Assembly: GCA_018304465.1 (NCBI GenBank)
Contig: JAGVWC010000009.1
Location: forward strand, 125,696 to 189,695
Length of the DNA stretch: 64,000 bases
Reading direction: 5' to 3'
From: Candidatus Iainarchaeum sp.
Lineage (GTDB): Archaea; Iainarchaeota; Iainarchaeia; Iainarchaeales; JAGVWC01
Shown here: piece after piece, positions 39,536-48,973 of the stretch
How the letters are laid out: each line of letters begins with the position of its first letter
Numbering within the stretch: position 1 is the stretch's first letter
The notes under the pieces: model-generated
Database searches by the model: none
Seen by the model: only the letters and a program-made list of their open reading frames with translations
What the model was told of the DNA's origin: nothing
Translations under genes and position numbers: made by a program

Positions 39536-40711
39536 TCAGATGCGCAAGAGTTTGTTGATTGCGAGTTCCCATTTTTCAGGATCTGAAACTGAATAGAATT
39601 CCGGTTTTTGTTTGTTAGCCCGGCTGATTTGGAGTCCGTCTTTTTCCGCGGTGGCGCTCACGACTTTTGGCAGGTCGGTCGAAACGGTCCGTAGACTTCC
39701 GACATAGACCAGACGTTTATTCGTCAAATACAGGTCTCCGCCGTCTATTTTTCTCCATTCCAAGTGTGATTCGGATTGACCCATGTGGATTCTGACGCCT
39801 TTGGCAACGCGAAAGCTTCCGCCACCATAGTTTCGAATCGATCTTGGTTCAAAAAATGCGACAGGTTCTGAAAAATGAAGAACTTCGCCTTTTTGTAATT
39901 GTAATGAGTCCGTGTCTGTAAGGATAGGGAGGTTTCCCTTTTCGATGTTTGAAAGCGTGTTTTCGCGTACCGTTTTTCCCGTATCCCGAATCCACTCCAG
40001 ATCTTGGGTGGTGAGAACGGAACCGTTGAAGCGCTGGTTTGAATCGCGCAAGTCGGTCGAGATTACAAACTGGTTTTCTCCTTTTGAAGTGAATAACGAC
40101 AAGCAATTAGAACATTGGATATTGCGGGAACGCAGCAGGCCGAAAAGGCTCTGGTGTTCGATTATATTCAAACCGGCCTTTTTGCAAAACGGGCACGTTC
40201 CCAATTCAGTGACCAAATCATGCTCTGGACCGGCCAAAATTTCAACTGGCGGGGGGAGTTGATTTTGAGTTTTTTTTGGAGCGATTGGTTTTTGTTCGAA
40301 TTCTTTTGGAACCAGGGGGACCAGTTTTTCTGGTAAGACATTTTTAATTGGTGCTGGCGTCGTGGGTTTTCTTGATTTATACCATCCGATTGCAAAACCA
40401 AGTACAACCAAGAGCCCGATGCCACCAGCAATCAGCATCAACAGAAAATAGAGGGCGCCTGGAACGACCCACCACCAGGAAATCTTTTCTTCCGCGCGGT
40501 TCTTGTAAAGCAGGTGTGAGGAGTATCCCAAGAGAGGCAAAAAAATCAGCAAAAGCAGGCCAAAAAAACCAACCAATATCGAGTTTTTATTGTAAGAATA
40601 AACAATTAGACCCACGACTACAAGAAAGAAATTTGCAACGAGCCAAAATTTGTATTTGCCGGCAGGGGACAGCGAATCAAGCTTTTGCATCAATCTCTCA
40701 AGTTGGTTCAT
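39536..40711 (-). CDS. Membrane protein with a zinc ribbon and a C-terminal PH-like domain
   Basis: Three N-terminal TM helices, CPFC...CSNC, and LQKGEVL...GGSFRVAKGVRI...DGGDLYLTNKRLVYVG. Confidence 0.75.
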   Translation of the reverse strand: MNQLERLMQKLDSLSPAGKYKFWLVANFFLVVVGLIVYSYNKNSILVGFFGLLLLIFLPLLGYSSHLLYKNRAEEKISWWWVVPGALYFLLMLIAGGIGLLVVLGFAIGWYKSRKPTTPAPIKNVLPEKLVPLVPKEFEQKPIAPKKTQNQLPPPVEILAGPEHDLVTELGTCPFCKKAGLNIIEHQSLFGLLRSRNIQCSNCLSLFTSKGENQFVISTDLRDSNQRFNGSVLTTQDLEWIRDTGKTVRENTLSNIEKGNLPILTDTDSLQLQKGEVLHFSEPVAFFEPRSIRNYGGGSFRVAKGVRIHMGQSESHLEWRKIDGGDLYLTNKRLVYVGSLRTVSTDLPKVVSATAEKDGLQISRANKQKPEFYSVSDPEKWELAINKLLRI

Positions 40712-40780
40712 TGACCCACCAAAAACCCGATTGTAAGTATGCTACAAGGTATTTTAATTGGGTTTCGACTCATGCAATCT

Positions 40781-41860
40781 ATGCTTTTGCAAAAACGTTT
40801 TTCACAGGATAAAATCGGCCAGGACGACTGGGTTAAGCATGGGTCCGGTGATTGGCAGGTTTTGCTGAGTTGCTATTTTGGCCATCAATACACGCAAACG
40901 TTGAAAGAAACGCTTGGCATGCAAATGGGCAAAACAATCCTAATCACGAGAAACGGGTATACGTCGACCAATACAGAAAAAGAAGCGCTCTCCAAGTTCG
41001 GAAATCATTTGGTCGACTTGGTGAAAAAAGACCCAACAATCGTGGCAAGTTGGTGTTCAGAGCTTAAAAAACAGGCCGATATTGTTGAACGCGTAATCAA
41101 GGACTTGAGAAAAGATCCTTTTGGAGAAAGACAATTCAAGACCTACGTGGACTGCTTGTATCCGTATGTTACTCCGCATCAGGCGATCAAGCAAGTCGTG
41201 AATTATCTTCCGCTTCCCTTGCTTGAAAAATATATGCCACAATTCCAAGAAGCGCGGCAATACGCAGAAAAAGCATACGAAGAAGCACGAGTGTATGCGT
41301 ATGAATTCGCGAACGGATTTGAAAAAGAAACAAAATATCCCGCCAAATGCCTTTTGTGTCTGACCGAAAAAGAAATCAAAAATTATTTCAAGACAGGAAA
41401 GCTTATTCCGAAAAAGAAACTGGAAGAACGACTGAAGGCCGGTGCGGTGCTATTCGAGGATGGAAAATACTTCGTGGTTTCAGGGTCCGAAACCGATGCA
41501 ATCGAAGCGGCCATGCATTCGCACGAGAAAAAAGGCGAAATATCAGGCACCTCCGCATACCCTGGAAAAGTCACAGGAATTGTGAAAATCGTGTTCAAGC
41601 CCGAAGAAGGAGAAAAATTCAACGAAGGAGACATTTTGGTTTCTGGAAATACCCGCCCGTTTCTGTTGCCCGTGATGGCCAAATCCAAAGCGATTGTGAC
41701 CGAAGCAGGTGGCCTGTTGAGCCATGCCGCAATCACGGCACGCGAATACAAAAAACCCACTATTGTGGGCGCGGTTGGAGTCACAACTGTTTTCAAAGAT
41801 GGAGACTTGGTCGAAGTAGACGCGACAAAAGGAATCATCCGAAAAATATCTAAACGCTAG
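40781..41860 (+). CDS. Protein containing a PEP-utilising enzyme mobile (phosphohistidine) domain
   Basis: GDILVSGNTRP...AIVTEAGGLLSHAAITAREYKKPTIVG...GDLVEVDATKG; no ATP-grasp or PEP-binding barrel is evident. Confidence 0.88.
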   Translation: MLLQKRFSQDKIGQDDWVKHGSGDWQVLLSCYFGHQYTQTLKETLGMQMGKTILITRNGYTSTNTEKEALSKFGNHLVDLVKKDPTIVASWCSELKKQADIVERVIKDLRKDPFGERQFKTYVDCLYPYVTPHQAIKQVVNYLPLPLLEKYMPQFQEARQYAEKAYEEARVYAYEFANGFEKETKYPAKCLLCLTEKEIKNYFKTGKLIPKKKLEERLKAGAVLFEDGKYFVVSGSETDAIEAAMHSHEKKGEISGTSAYPGKVTGIVKIVFKPEEGEKFNEGDILVSGNTRPFLLPVMAKSKAIVTEAGGLLSHAAITAREYKKPTIVGAVGVTTVFKDGDLVEVDATKGIIRKISKR

Positions 41861-42771
41861 TGCCGAATGGTCTTGTTTTTCTTCAGGACAACGGTCTTTA
41901 TGCTTCCGTCGCTGAACAAGAGTTGTGAAACGCTTTCGCCCCTGGCAATCAACCCGCCCATTTTTTCGCGTTCCATGCCAGTCAATGCGCGCGCTTCGGC
42001 ATCAATATCACCTGCGATTCCAGGGACGCCGCCGTGACCAAAGTACCCTAAGAAGATGACCGGGTCTTTTGCGCCAAAGCGTTTGTTCCGGATATTCTCT
42101 AGAATAGTTTCCTTCATTTTCCGGACTGTGAGGGCTCTTTTAAGAAAATCTTTTCGGAGCTCCCAGCCTTTGACCGGTTCTCCTTTGGTCCAACGCGTAA
42201 ACTCATCCACTACGGCAGAAACCTCTTGCTTAGTCTTTGGATAATAACTCAAATGCGCTGGCGCACGCAGGATATGAAGATCAGGCGTAGTATGAGCAAA
42301 CTGGCCGACGAGCGGAATCTTTTTGTCCCGAAAACGCATCGACAACCCCTGTCGAACGAATTCGCCGGTTTCGATCGCGCGGACTAGTGGCGAATACACC
42401 CCATTGAATACAACGCCCCTGTTTTGAAGATCACGCGAAACTTGTTTTGACCGCATGAGCTCGTTCGCAATCCGCTCGCCTTGGGCCATCGATTTCGCTT
42501 CCCCAGGCAGATCAAGACCATACAAGTGCTCTTGTCGATGCTTCGCTGGATAGTGACCACCCTTCAACGGAACAATTCCGAATCGTGACGCTACATCCGT
42601 TCGAGGCGTATTACCGACGGATTCGTGGCGCATGACACTCATCACAGCGACTAATCGAGGAGACGTTTTCCGATGCAGTGCGGTCGGGTTCAAGCCGACA
42701 CGGGATGAGTTAGGAGGTTGACGACGACCTGCAGGTATTCGGGTACGTGCTGACTTTGACTGCAACTTCAT
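41857..42771 (-). CDS. Histidine phosphatase (phosphoglycerate mutase-like) superfamily protein with a basic N-terminal extension
   Basis: VMRHE (RHG-like), YSPLVRAIETG and FGHGG motifs. Confidence 0.7.
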   Translation of the reverse strand: MKLQSKSARTRIPAGRRQPPNSSRVGLNPTALHRKTSPRLVAVMSVMRHESVGNTPRTDVASRFGIVPLKGGHYPAKHRQEHLYGLDLPGEAKSMAQGERIANELMRSKQVSRDLQNRGVVFNGVYSPLVRAIETGEFVRQGLSMRFRDKKIPLVGQFAHTTPDLHILRAPAHLSYYPKTKQEVSAVVDEFTRWTKGEPVKGWELRKDFLKRALTVRKMKETILENIRNKRFGAKDPVIFLGYFGHGGVPGIAGDIDAEARALTGMEREKMGGLIARGESVSQLLFSDGSIKTVVLKKNKTIRH

Positions 42772-42841
42772 CAATTAAGCATCTTCTTTAAAGTATTTAA
42801 ATATATTTTGACTGGTTTTTTGAAAACTGGTACGCACGTGT

Positions 42842-43603
42842 TCAAGGCATTTTTTCTCTTTGCAAGTGGTCAATTATCGCTATGAGTTCTCGATCTTTGG
42901 CTTTCTCGGCGGCTTCTTCGGCGAGAAACAAAAAACCAAGCGGGTCTGTCGAAGCAGTTCTTGCGTTTTTTATTGCCATTGCTATCCATCCAACGCTTAC
43001 TTGCTTCCAGTCTGCTCTTGTTTTGGCTTTTCTTGCGAACGCAGTAATAAGTCGTTGTGCTTCTGCAAAGTCCTTGCGCAGTATTTTATTCCACAGATTT
43101 GGAATTAGGACTTCTTCTGTGCGAACGGGGACTTTTGGAACTCCGCTTGGCAAGCCCTTTTTTTTGACCAGTTGTTCAAGAAGACCATGAAAATCAGTTC
43201 CGCCTCCGATTCGAATCTTTGGCGCCCCTTTCGAATTACCTTTTCGACCAGAGACTGACTGTTGCCTCTCCGATGTACGGCTCTTTACTCTAGTCGGGGT
43301 TTTCGAAGCCATCCTTCGTTTATCTAACACGCGAGTTATACGCTTCGTTACCGCTGCCCGCGTTTTGGGATTCGCTGCTTGTCTGGCCAAGTCTATCAAT
43401 AGATTTGCGTGGTGTTCACGACTAAACTCGCGGCCCATTCCGCTTTGAAGAAAGCGTGATAGTCGGTCTGCGACTCGTTGTACATCTTTTGGGTTTGAAT
43501 ATCGTGCTGTTTTCAGTCTTTTTCTGTACGGTATTTGAGGCAAGAAATCCCTTTCGGAAGTGTATGCTGTTTTGTCTATAAATAGGTTTCGTTCAGTATT
43601 CAT
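42842..43603 (-). CDS. Highly basic hypothetical protein
   Basis: R/K-rich 253-aa ORF with a helical-repeat-like C-terminus; its start codon lies at the IS end. Confidence 0.6.
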   Translation of the reverse strand: MNTERNLFIDKTAYTSERDFLPQIPYRKRLKTARYSNPKDVQRVADRLSRFLQSGMGREFSREHHANLLIDLARQAANPKTRAAVTKRITRVLDKRRMASKTPTRVKSRTSERQQSVSGRKGNSKGAPKIRIGGGTDFHGLLEQLVKKKGLPSGVPKVPVRTEEVLIPNLWNKILRKDFAEAQRLITAFARKAKTRADWKQVSVGWIAMAIKNARTASTDPLGFLFLAEEAAEKAKDRELIAIIDHLQREKMP

Positions 43604-44580
43604 GGCTGTTCAGGGTGTTGAATAGTTTTAAATGATGCTGGTCACGCTCCTTGCGTTGTAAGGTTGGTTGTGTTGGTGTGCGGCTAGTGCCAGCACCAGC
43701 ATGCTGGTGCAGCACAACAAACAGTGTTGGGTGACTTTGGGTAGGCCGCGGACTGTGAGACTGTCGAGGTTGAACGAGAGTTTGCTTCGGCTGAAGCATC
43801 GTTCTACGCTTGTTCGTTCGTTGTACTTTTTTGGGAGTGCGTGTGTTCGGTTTCTGGAGGCGGTAATGGGTTTTGCTCCGTAGTGGATGATGCGGTTGTA
43901 AAAGTCGGTGGTGTAGTAGGCGGCGTCTCCGAGCATTGTGCGCAGTTTGGTTCGGATCACCAGTAGCGACTTGTCAAGGAGCGGGACTGCGTGTTTGGCG
44001 TCGTTGTCTTTTCCAGTCGAGACCAAGACGGCAACGGGTAGTTCGGTTTTGGTGTCGCAGAGTATGTGTTCTTTGTACCCGTAAAACACTTTCTTTTTGG
44101 TTTTATGCCCAAAACTCGCGTCTCGATCGGATTGCACGTGTCGGTTGGAGTACGCTTTGAGATGGGTGGAGTCGATGGCTAAAGTGTCGGCGGAGACGAT
44201 GTTTTTGTGAACGAGTTCAGTCACGAGTGGGTGGAATATGTCTTCTGTTTTGTCACCGAGTCGTTTGCGGAAAACGCGAAACGTGGAGTGGTCGGGTACG
44301 CGCGGCAAGCCGCAGGCGCGCACCCAATAGGGCCGTTTGTGTAACTCGCGTTCAAGTTCCCGTTCTGACCGGATGCGTTCGATTCGTTGGAGTATTAAGG
44401 CTTTCAGCAAGCCAAGCGGAGGCAGTCGAAACTCCGAAACCTGCGTCAGCAGGTGCTCCAGCACCTGCACAGGTATTTTAACAGCCTCCAAAACCATAGA
44501 TATTGGGAGCATGGTTTGGTCACCTCAATGAACAAACCACTCCCAACAATAAAAAACAAAACTCCCTATTCAACAGCCAT
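43602..44580 (-). mobile_element. Insertion sequence, IS5/IS1182-like (DDE_Tnp_1)
   Basis: Inverted repeats GGGTGTTGAATAG (43613-43625) and CTATTCAACAGCC (44566-44578). An outer perfect 9-bp IR ATGGCTGTT (43602-43610 / 44572-44580) is flanked by TTC on both sides, a possible 3-bp TSD. Confidence 0.8.
43628..44512 (-). CDS. DDE transposase
   Basis: CGLPRVPDHSTFRVFRKRL (DUF772-like), AIDST, FYGYKEH, GDAAY and RTSVERCFSRSK motifs. Confidence 0.93.
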   Translation of the reverse strand: MLPISMVLEAVKIPVQVLEHLLTQVSEFRLPPLGLLKALILQRIERIRSERELERELHKRPYWVRACGLPRVPDHSTFRVFRKRLGDKTEDIFHPLVTELVHKNIVSADTLAIDSTHLKAYSNRHVQSDRDASFGHKTKKKVFYGYKEHILCDTKTELPVAVLVSTGKDNDAKHAVPLLDKSLLVIRTKLRTMLGDAAYYTTDFYNRIIHYGAKPITASRNRTHALPKKYNERTSVERCFSRSKLSFNLDSLTVRGLPKVTQHCLLCCTSMLVLALAAHQHNQPYNARSVTSII

Positions 44581-44626
44581 TTCCGATAACCGTTAGGCTT
44601 AAATAATTTCAAGCCCTGTTGTTGGC

Positions 44627-45640
44627 ATGCAAAAGAATAATGCCGGTCCGATGCTATTGGGGATTGGCGTTTTGGTTTGCGTTGTGATCGCGGGTTTTTT
44701 TCTCAATCAAACAGAGCTTAACGTGGATGATTTGTCGTCTTTTTCATTTGAGGTCACGATGGCCAAAATTCTTACCGTGAAGTTTGTTTTGTTCTTGGTG
44801 TTTCTTGGAATGGTCGGAGGAATCACGGGCGGAGCCATCGGAGTGTTGCCAAAGAATGCGATTCATGCGGGAACCCTTATCGGCGGTTTGGTCGGAGCGC
44901 TCATTGCGCACATCGCGTTTGATTTTTCGTTTTTTTTGATTCCCATCGTTGCGATGCTTTGGGGTCTTGCGGCGGGAATCGAAGCCGGTGTTTCCAAACG
45001 CGAAGAATACAAATCGTTTGTTCCGGCGCGAACGGCCATGTCGGTCGCAGGCACGATGGGAACGTTTATCGCCGTAGGTTTGTTGCTGTGGGGAATTGTC
45101 GCGCTTTCCCCGATTCAAAACCAGTTATCCGACCGGTTTATCGGTTCGGTGCTGAACATGGGCCTTGGAAACATGGGACCGGATTCGGAAGTGGATCAGC
45201 TAAAAACCGCGTTGGCTAAAAACTCGGCCCGGGTTTCGGTTCAGAGTCAAACGATGCTGTTGACTCAAATCATGTCGACGCCGGCGTTTAATGATTTGCG
45301 TTCGAACCAGGACCAGAAATCCCGCGTGTTCGTGGCCACCATGGAAGGGACATTGGATCAGGTATCGTCTTCGGAATATTTGCAACGCTTTGAGGAAGAA
45401 TTCGTGAAAGATGCCCAGAAAATCGAAGTGGAGGTTCCGCAGGTAAAAAGCACGGTCGTGGACCTGTTTAATCAGAATCCTTTTTTCAAAGCCATGATGG
45501 ATCATTTGGCTTTGGTGGTTTCCATCAGTTTGTTGATCTTGTTTTTGACTTTGAATTCCCTGATTATTCGTCCGGTGGGAGCGCTTTCCGGCTGGGTTTT
45601 CAACCAGGCGTTTGAATCCCTAAAAAATGCCCCAAAGTAA
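44627..45640 (+). CDS. Multi-pass membrane protein, unknown function
   Basis: About 6 TM segments with a large helical loop. Confidence 0.75.
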   Translation: MQKNNAGPMLLGIGVLVCVVIAGFFLNQTELNVDDLSSFSFEVTMAKILTVKFVLFLVFLGMVGGITGGAIGVLPKNAIHAGTLIGGLVGALIAHIAFDFSFFLIPIVAMLWGLAAGIEAGVSKREEYKSFVPARTAMSVAGTMGTFIAVGLLLWGIVALSPIQNQLSDRFIGSVLNMGLGNMGPDSEVDQLKTALAKNSARVSVQSQTMLLTQIMSTPAFNDLRSNQDQKSRVFVATMEGTLDQVSSSEYLQRFEEEFVKDAQKIEVEVPQVKSTVVDLFNQNPFFKAMMDHLALVVSISLLILFLTLNSLIIRPVGALSGWVFNQAFESLKNAPK

Positions 45641-45685
45641 AAACCCAAAACAATTAAAAACAACAAATTCCTTTTCTTGACTGGT

Positions 45686-47155
45686 ATGGCGTTCCCTTTT
45701 TCCGGTGCGGATTTTAGAATCGTTTTCCGCGATGTTGGAAACTTGTTGCAGGTGTTGGCGTTGGGGTTTTTGTTCCCGGCAGCCATCGGCGTTCTGTTGG
45801 AAGAACCCGCGTTCAATATCATTTCGTTCGTCTTGGCGGGGGTTGTTTGTTTTACCATCGGACGCGCCTTGTTTGAGTGGGTCAAATCAAGCGGCGAAAC
45901 CACGTTGCGGCATGCATTGGTGATCTCCGCGGTGGTTTTCGGTTTGTACACTTTTTTGGCGGCCGTGCCGATCATGTGGGTTTTGCGGGTTTCGTTTTCA
46001 AACGCTTTTTTTGAAGCCATGTCCGCAGTGACCACCACGGGTTTGTCGGTATTGGGAAATCCCGAGATTCTTCCGCAAAGCGTGTTGTTTTGGAGAAGCT
46101 TTTTGGGTTGGATCGGAGGAATCGCCGTTGTTTTGATGGCAATGATTGGTATTTTTTCGACGTATTCGCGTGCCACCCGGTTGCTTAAGACAACGAACCG
46201 CGAGGAGCGGGTGAAATACAATTTTCGTCAGACGTTTGCCAGCATGTGGAAAACGTATCTTTCCTTGACCGCGCTTGGAATCATCCTGCTTTTGCTTTTC
46301 GGAATGGGTTTGTTTGACGCGGTGAATTATTCAATGAATGCGATTTCGACCACGGGTTTTGACTCGACCTTGGCGGGCGTCGCGGGGTTTGACAGCCGCT
46401 GGATCGAATCGACTTTGATTTTGCTCTCGTTGCTGGGTGCCACGAGTTTTTTCGTGCATTATGCGGTGCTGAACAAGAAAATGCTGGATGGGTACGGCGA
46501 GGATACCCAGTTCAAAGGAATGCTTTTGCTTGGGATCGCCGGGTCATTGTTGTTGTTTTCGGGTTTGAGTTCGGTTTCGTTTTCGTTTAAGCAAGCCGTG
46601 GAGTATTCGCTTTTTTCGGCCGGAAGCGCCGTGACCACCGCGGGTTTTTCGGTGGTGCGACCGATTGCTTCGCTTGGAGAGTTTTCAAAACTTGTGTTGA
46701 TCGGGCTCATGCTGATCGGAGGAAGCGCGGTTTCGACGGCGGGTGGAATCAAGGTGAACCGGGTGTTGATTTCGCTTCGGTCGTTCTGGGATCGTTTGGT
46801 TTTGCGGATGCGCGGAACACGCAAAGAGGGTTCGGTTCATTTGGATCATCATTTGGTGTCGGAATCCGAAGTCGGCGAGGTCAACCAATTCATTATCTTA
46901 TATATACTGGTGGCGTTGGCGGGCGCGATTCTCCTCGTTCTTGCCGGAAACACTTTTGACGATTCCTTGTTCGAAGCCGTTTCGGCCCAAGGAAACGTCG
47001 GTCTTTCAAGCGGAATCACCCATGCTGCAATGCCGTTGTTTTCCAAGATCGTTTTGGTGCTTTTGATGTGGATCGGCCGTCTTGAGATTATTCCTTTGTT
47101 TGCAGGGGTCGGCGTATTGGTATGGGCCGCGACAAACCGGAAGGAAAGAAAATGA
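45686..47155 (+). CDS. trkH: Trk-type potassium uptake membrane subunit
   Basis: Four pore-loop motifs (FEAMSAVTTTGLS, AISTTGF, SAVTTAGF, SAQGNVGLS), plus GGSAVSTAGGIK and MWIGRLEI. Confidence 0.93.
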   Translation: MAFPFSGADFRIVFRDVGNLLQVLALGFLFPAAIGVLLEEPAFNIISFVLAGVVCFTIGRALFEWVKSSGETTLRHALVISAVVFGLYTFLAAVPIMWVLRVSFSNAFFEAMSAVTTTGLSVLGNPEILPQSVLFWRSFLGWIGGIAVVLMAMIGIFSTYSRATRLLKTTNREERVKYNFRQTFASMWKTYLSLTALGIILLLLFGMGLFDAVNYSMNAISTTGFDSTLAGVAGFDSRWIESTLILLSLLGATSFFVHYAVLNKKMLDGYGEDTQFKGMLLLGIAGSLLLFSGLSSVSFSFKQAVEYSLFSAGSAVTTAGFSVVRPIASLGEFSKLVLIGLMLIGGSAVSTAGGIKVNRVLISLRSFWDRLVLRMRGTRKEGSVHLDHHLVSESEVGEVNQFIILYILVALAGAILLVLAGNTFDDSLFEAVSAQGNVGLSSGITHAAMPLFSKIVLVLLMWIGRLEIIPLFAGVGVLVWAATNRKERK

Positions 47156-47853
47156 AAAAAAAAGGTGGCCGATCAAAGTCCCGTTCCAATAGCCGGAAAA
47201 AAACGGTTTCGTCTTCTGGGCAAAAGCGAAAAAAATTTAGGCAAAAAGCCGTTGTCCGTGCGCTAATTTCTACCCCTGAAATTCAAAAGACCTTGGCGCT
47301 TCCATCCGGATTCGTTCCGTGGATCAAAAGACTGGAAAACGGTTTGAAAGAAGCCGAGCACAACAACCGGTTTGATTTTTTGCGCCCAATGCCCAAAATA
47401 AAGCTTCATTCGCAAGTGTTTCTTGGCGAAATCGTTTGGGCGACGCACGAAGAATCGATTCGCTTCGGGAATTTTCCGCCTGATCCCAAATTGGTGTATG
47501 AAGGGCGTTCGCTTTCGCGTTTGCCGGTTTCGTTTTCCATGCTTCAAACCCTAAAATCCGATGGATTGGTGTCGGATCAGGACATCAACCGGTTTTTGCT
47601 CGGGCCCGCATCAAAACAAACCGTTGGAGATTATTGCCGGATTCGTTCGGCGTGGTATCGCCACGCGTATGACGAGTTATCCAAAAAAGATTTTTTTGGG
47701 GATTTACCGATTGATGGACAGCGCGATTTGTTGATTGCCGCGTCGCGAAACGAACAAAGCCTTTTGGAAGTGTTGAGTCAAAACGAAAAATTACCCATCC
47801 AGCTGGATCGCTATGTGTCCAGCATTAAAAATTATTCGCAATGGTTTGATTAA
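47152..47853 (+). CDS. Hypothetical protein with a very basic N-terminus
   Basis: ATGA overlap with trkH; begins MKKKGGRSKSRSNSRKK. Confidence 0.65.
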   Translation: MKKKGGRSKSRSNSRKKTVSSSGQKRKKFRQKAVVRALISTPEIQKTLALPSGFVPWIKRLENGLKEAEHNNRFDFLRPMPKIKLHSQVFLGEIVWATHEESIRFGNFPPDPKLVYEGRSLSRLPVSFSMLQTLKSDGLVSDQDINRFLLGPASKQTVGDYCRIRSAWYRHAYDELSKKDFFGDLPIDGQRDLLIAASRNEQSLLEVLSQNEKLPIQLDRYVSSIKNYSQWFD

Positions 47854-47866
47854 GAGCGGATTTGAA

Positions 47867-48715
47867 ATGACGAAACCGGTTTCACGCAGAGGGTTGTTCA
47901 AAAGAGCCGTCGCGGTCGGAGCGGGATTTTTTTTGGGAAAAAAAGCGTTGAATGCCAAGCAGCCCAAAAAAGAACAGCCGCGCCAACCAGTTCAAACCAA
48001 ACGCCGCGAACAGCAAAAAACCGCTCGTCCAACAGCCGCGCGACCGGCCACGCGTCCGGTCAGAAGACCGTCGCGCATTTTGCCAAGACGCGAAATTGAG
48101 CGGTTAATCGACCAACACTCACAATTTGTTCCGGCGGGTTATCCGCGGGAGCTTTTGATTCGACAGATTTTTACCGAAACCAACCGCGGAGACGCCCATG
48201 CCTATGGAAGCGCGGGAGAAATCGGTTTGATGCAGATCAAGCCGTCTGTTCTGGCGGATTTGCAAAGAGCGAATATGCTTCCCCGGCGCGGAATTACAGC
48301 GGAGGATTTGTTTGATCCGGCCGTGAACATTCAAGTGGGCACATCGTATATCGGGTGGATTTGGAGATATGTTCGTCCGATGGGAAAGCGGGAGAATTTT
48401 ACCCAAGCGACTCCCGATGAGCAGATTGATTTTGTGTTGGGTGCCTATAACCAGGGGATCGGAAGGATTGAACGGAAAGGCATCACGCCTTTGGCTGCCG
48501 AATATATTCGTCGCGTGCGGCAAACCACCCGATTACCGCCGTTAGAGGCTCCAACCAACCAATCGGCACCCGCTACGGGATCACGCCCTGCTCCCCAAAC
48601 GAGGCCCGCCACGCGACCGGCGCCTTCAAGCGGCCGGTTGGTTCAACCCCGAATTGCGAGTAAAACAGGCGCAAACGCCCCTAGAAAAGGGTTTTTAAAA
48701 CAAGAACGTGCTTAA
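47867..48715 (+). CDS. Soluble lytic transglycosylase (SLT/GH23) domain protein with a twin-arginine-like N-terminus
   Basis: QIFTET (catalytic Glu), GEIGLMQIKP, DLFDPAVNIQVGTSYI and LGAYNQGIGRI motifs; N-terminal SRRGLFK followed by AVAVGAGFFLG. Confidence 0.88.
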   Translation: MTKPVSRRGLFKRAVAVGAGFFLGKKALNAKQPKKEQPRQPVQTKRREQQKTARPTAARPATRPVRRPSRILPRREIERLIDQHSQFVPAGYPRELLIRQIFTETNRGDAHAYGSAGEIGLMQIKPSVLADLQRANMLPRRGITAEDLFDPAVNIQVGTSYIGWIWRYVRPMGKRENFTQATPDEQIDFVLGAYNQGIGRIERKGITPLAAEYIRRVRQTTRLPPLEAPTNQSAPATGSRPAPQTRPATRPAPSSGRLVQPRIASKTGANAPRKGFLKQERA

Positions 48716-48849
48716 TTTTATTGATTTACGATGGCGCGGGATTTAGTTCATCTCAGTTGAAATGCTGCTTGAAAACGAGAGCGATCCGTCGGTTAAAAGT
48801 CTTGGTTTTAATCCTTTTTCCCCTGAAAAATACCTATCCGATTTTGAAT

Positions 48850-48921
48850 GGCGGCCATGGTGTAATGGTAGCATCGAAGCCTGTGGAGCTTTGGGACCGG
48901 GTTCGATCCCCGGTGGCGGCC
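48850..48921 (+). tRNA. tRNA-His (GTG) with encoded G-1
   Basis: Anticodon arm GAAGC-CTGTGGA-GCTTT, T arm CCGGG-TTCGATC-CCCGG, G-1:C73 pair, and one G3.G70 acceptor mismatch. Confidence 0.9.
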
Positions 48922-48973
48922 CTTTTGATTCAAACCCAAGAAATATTAATGGGAAAAAGAACAAGTGATTCAC

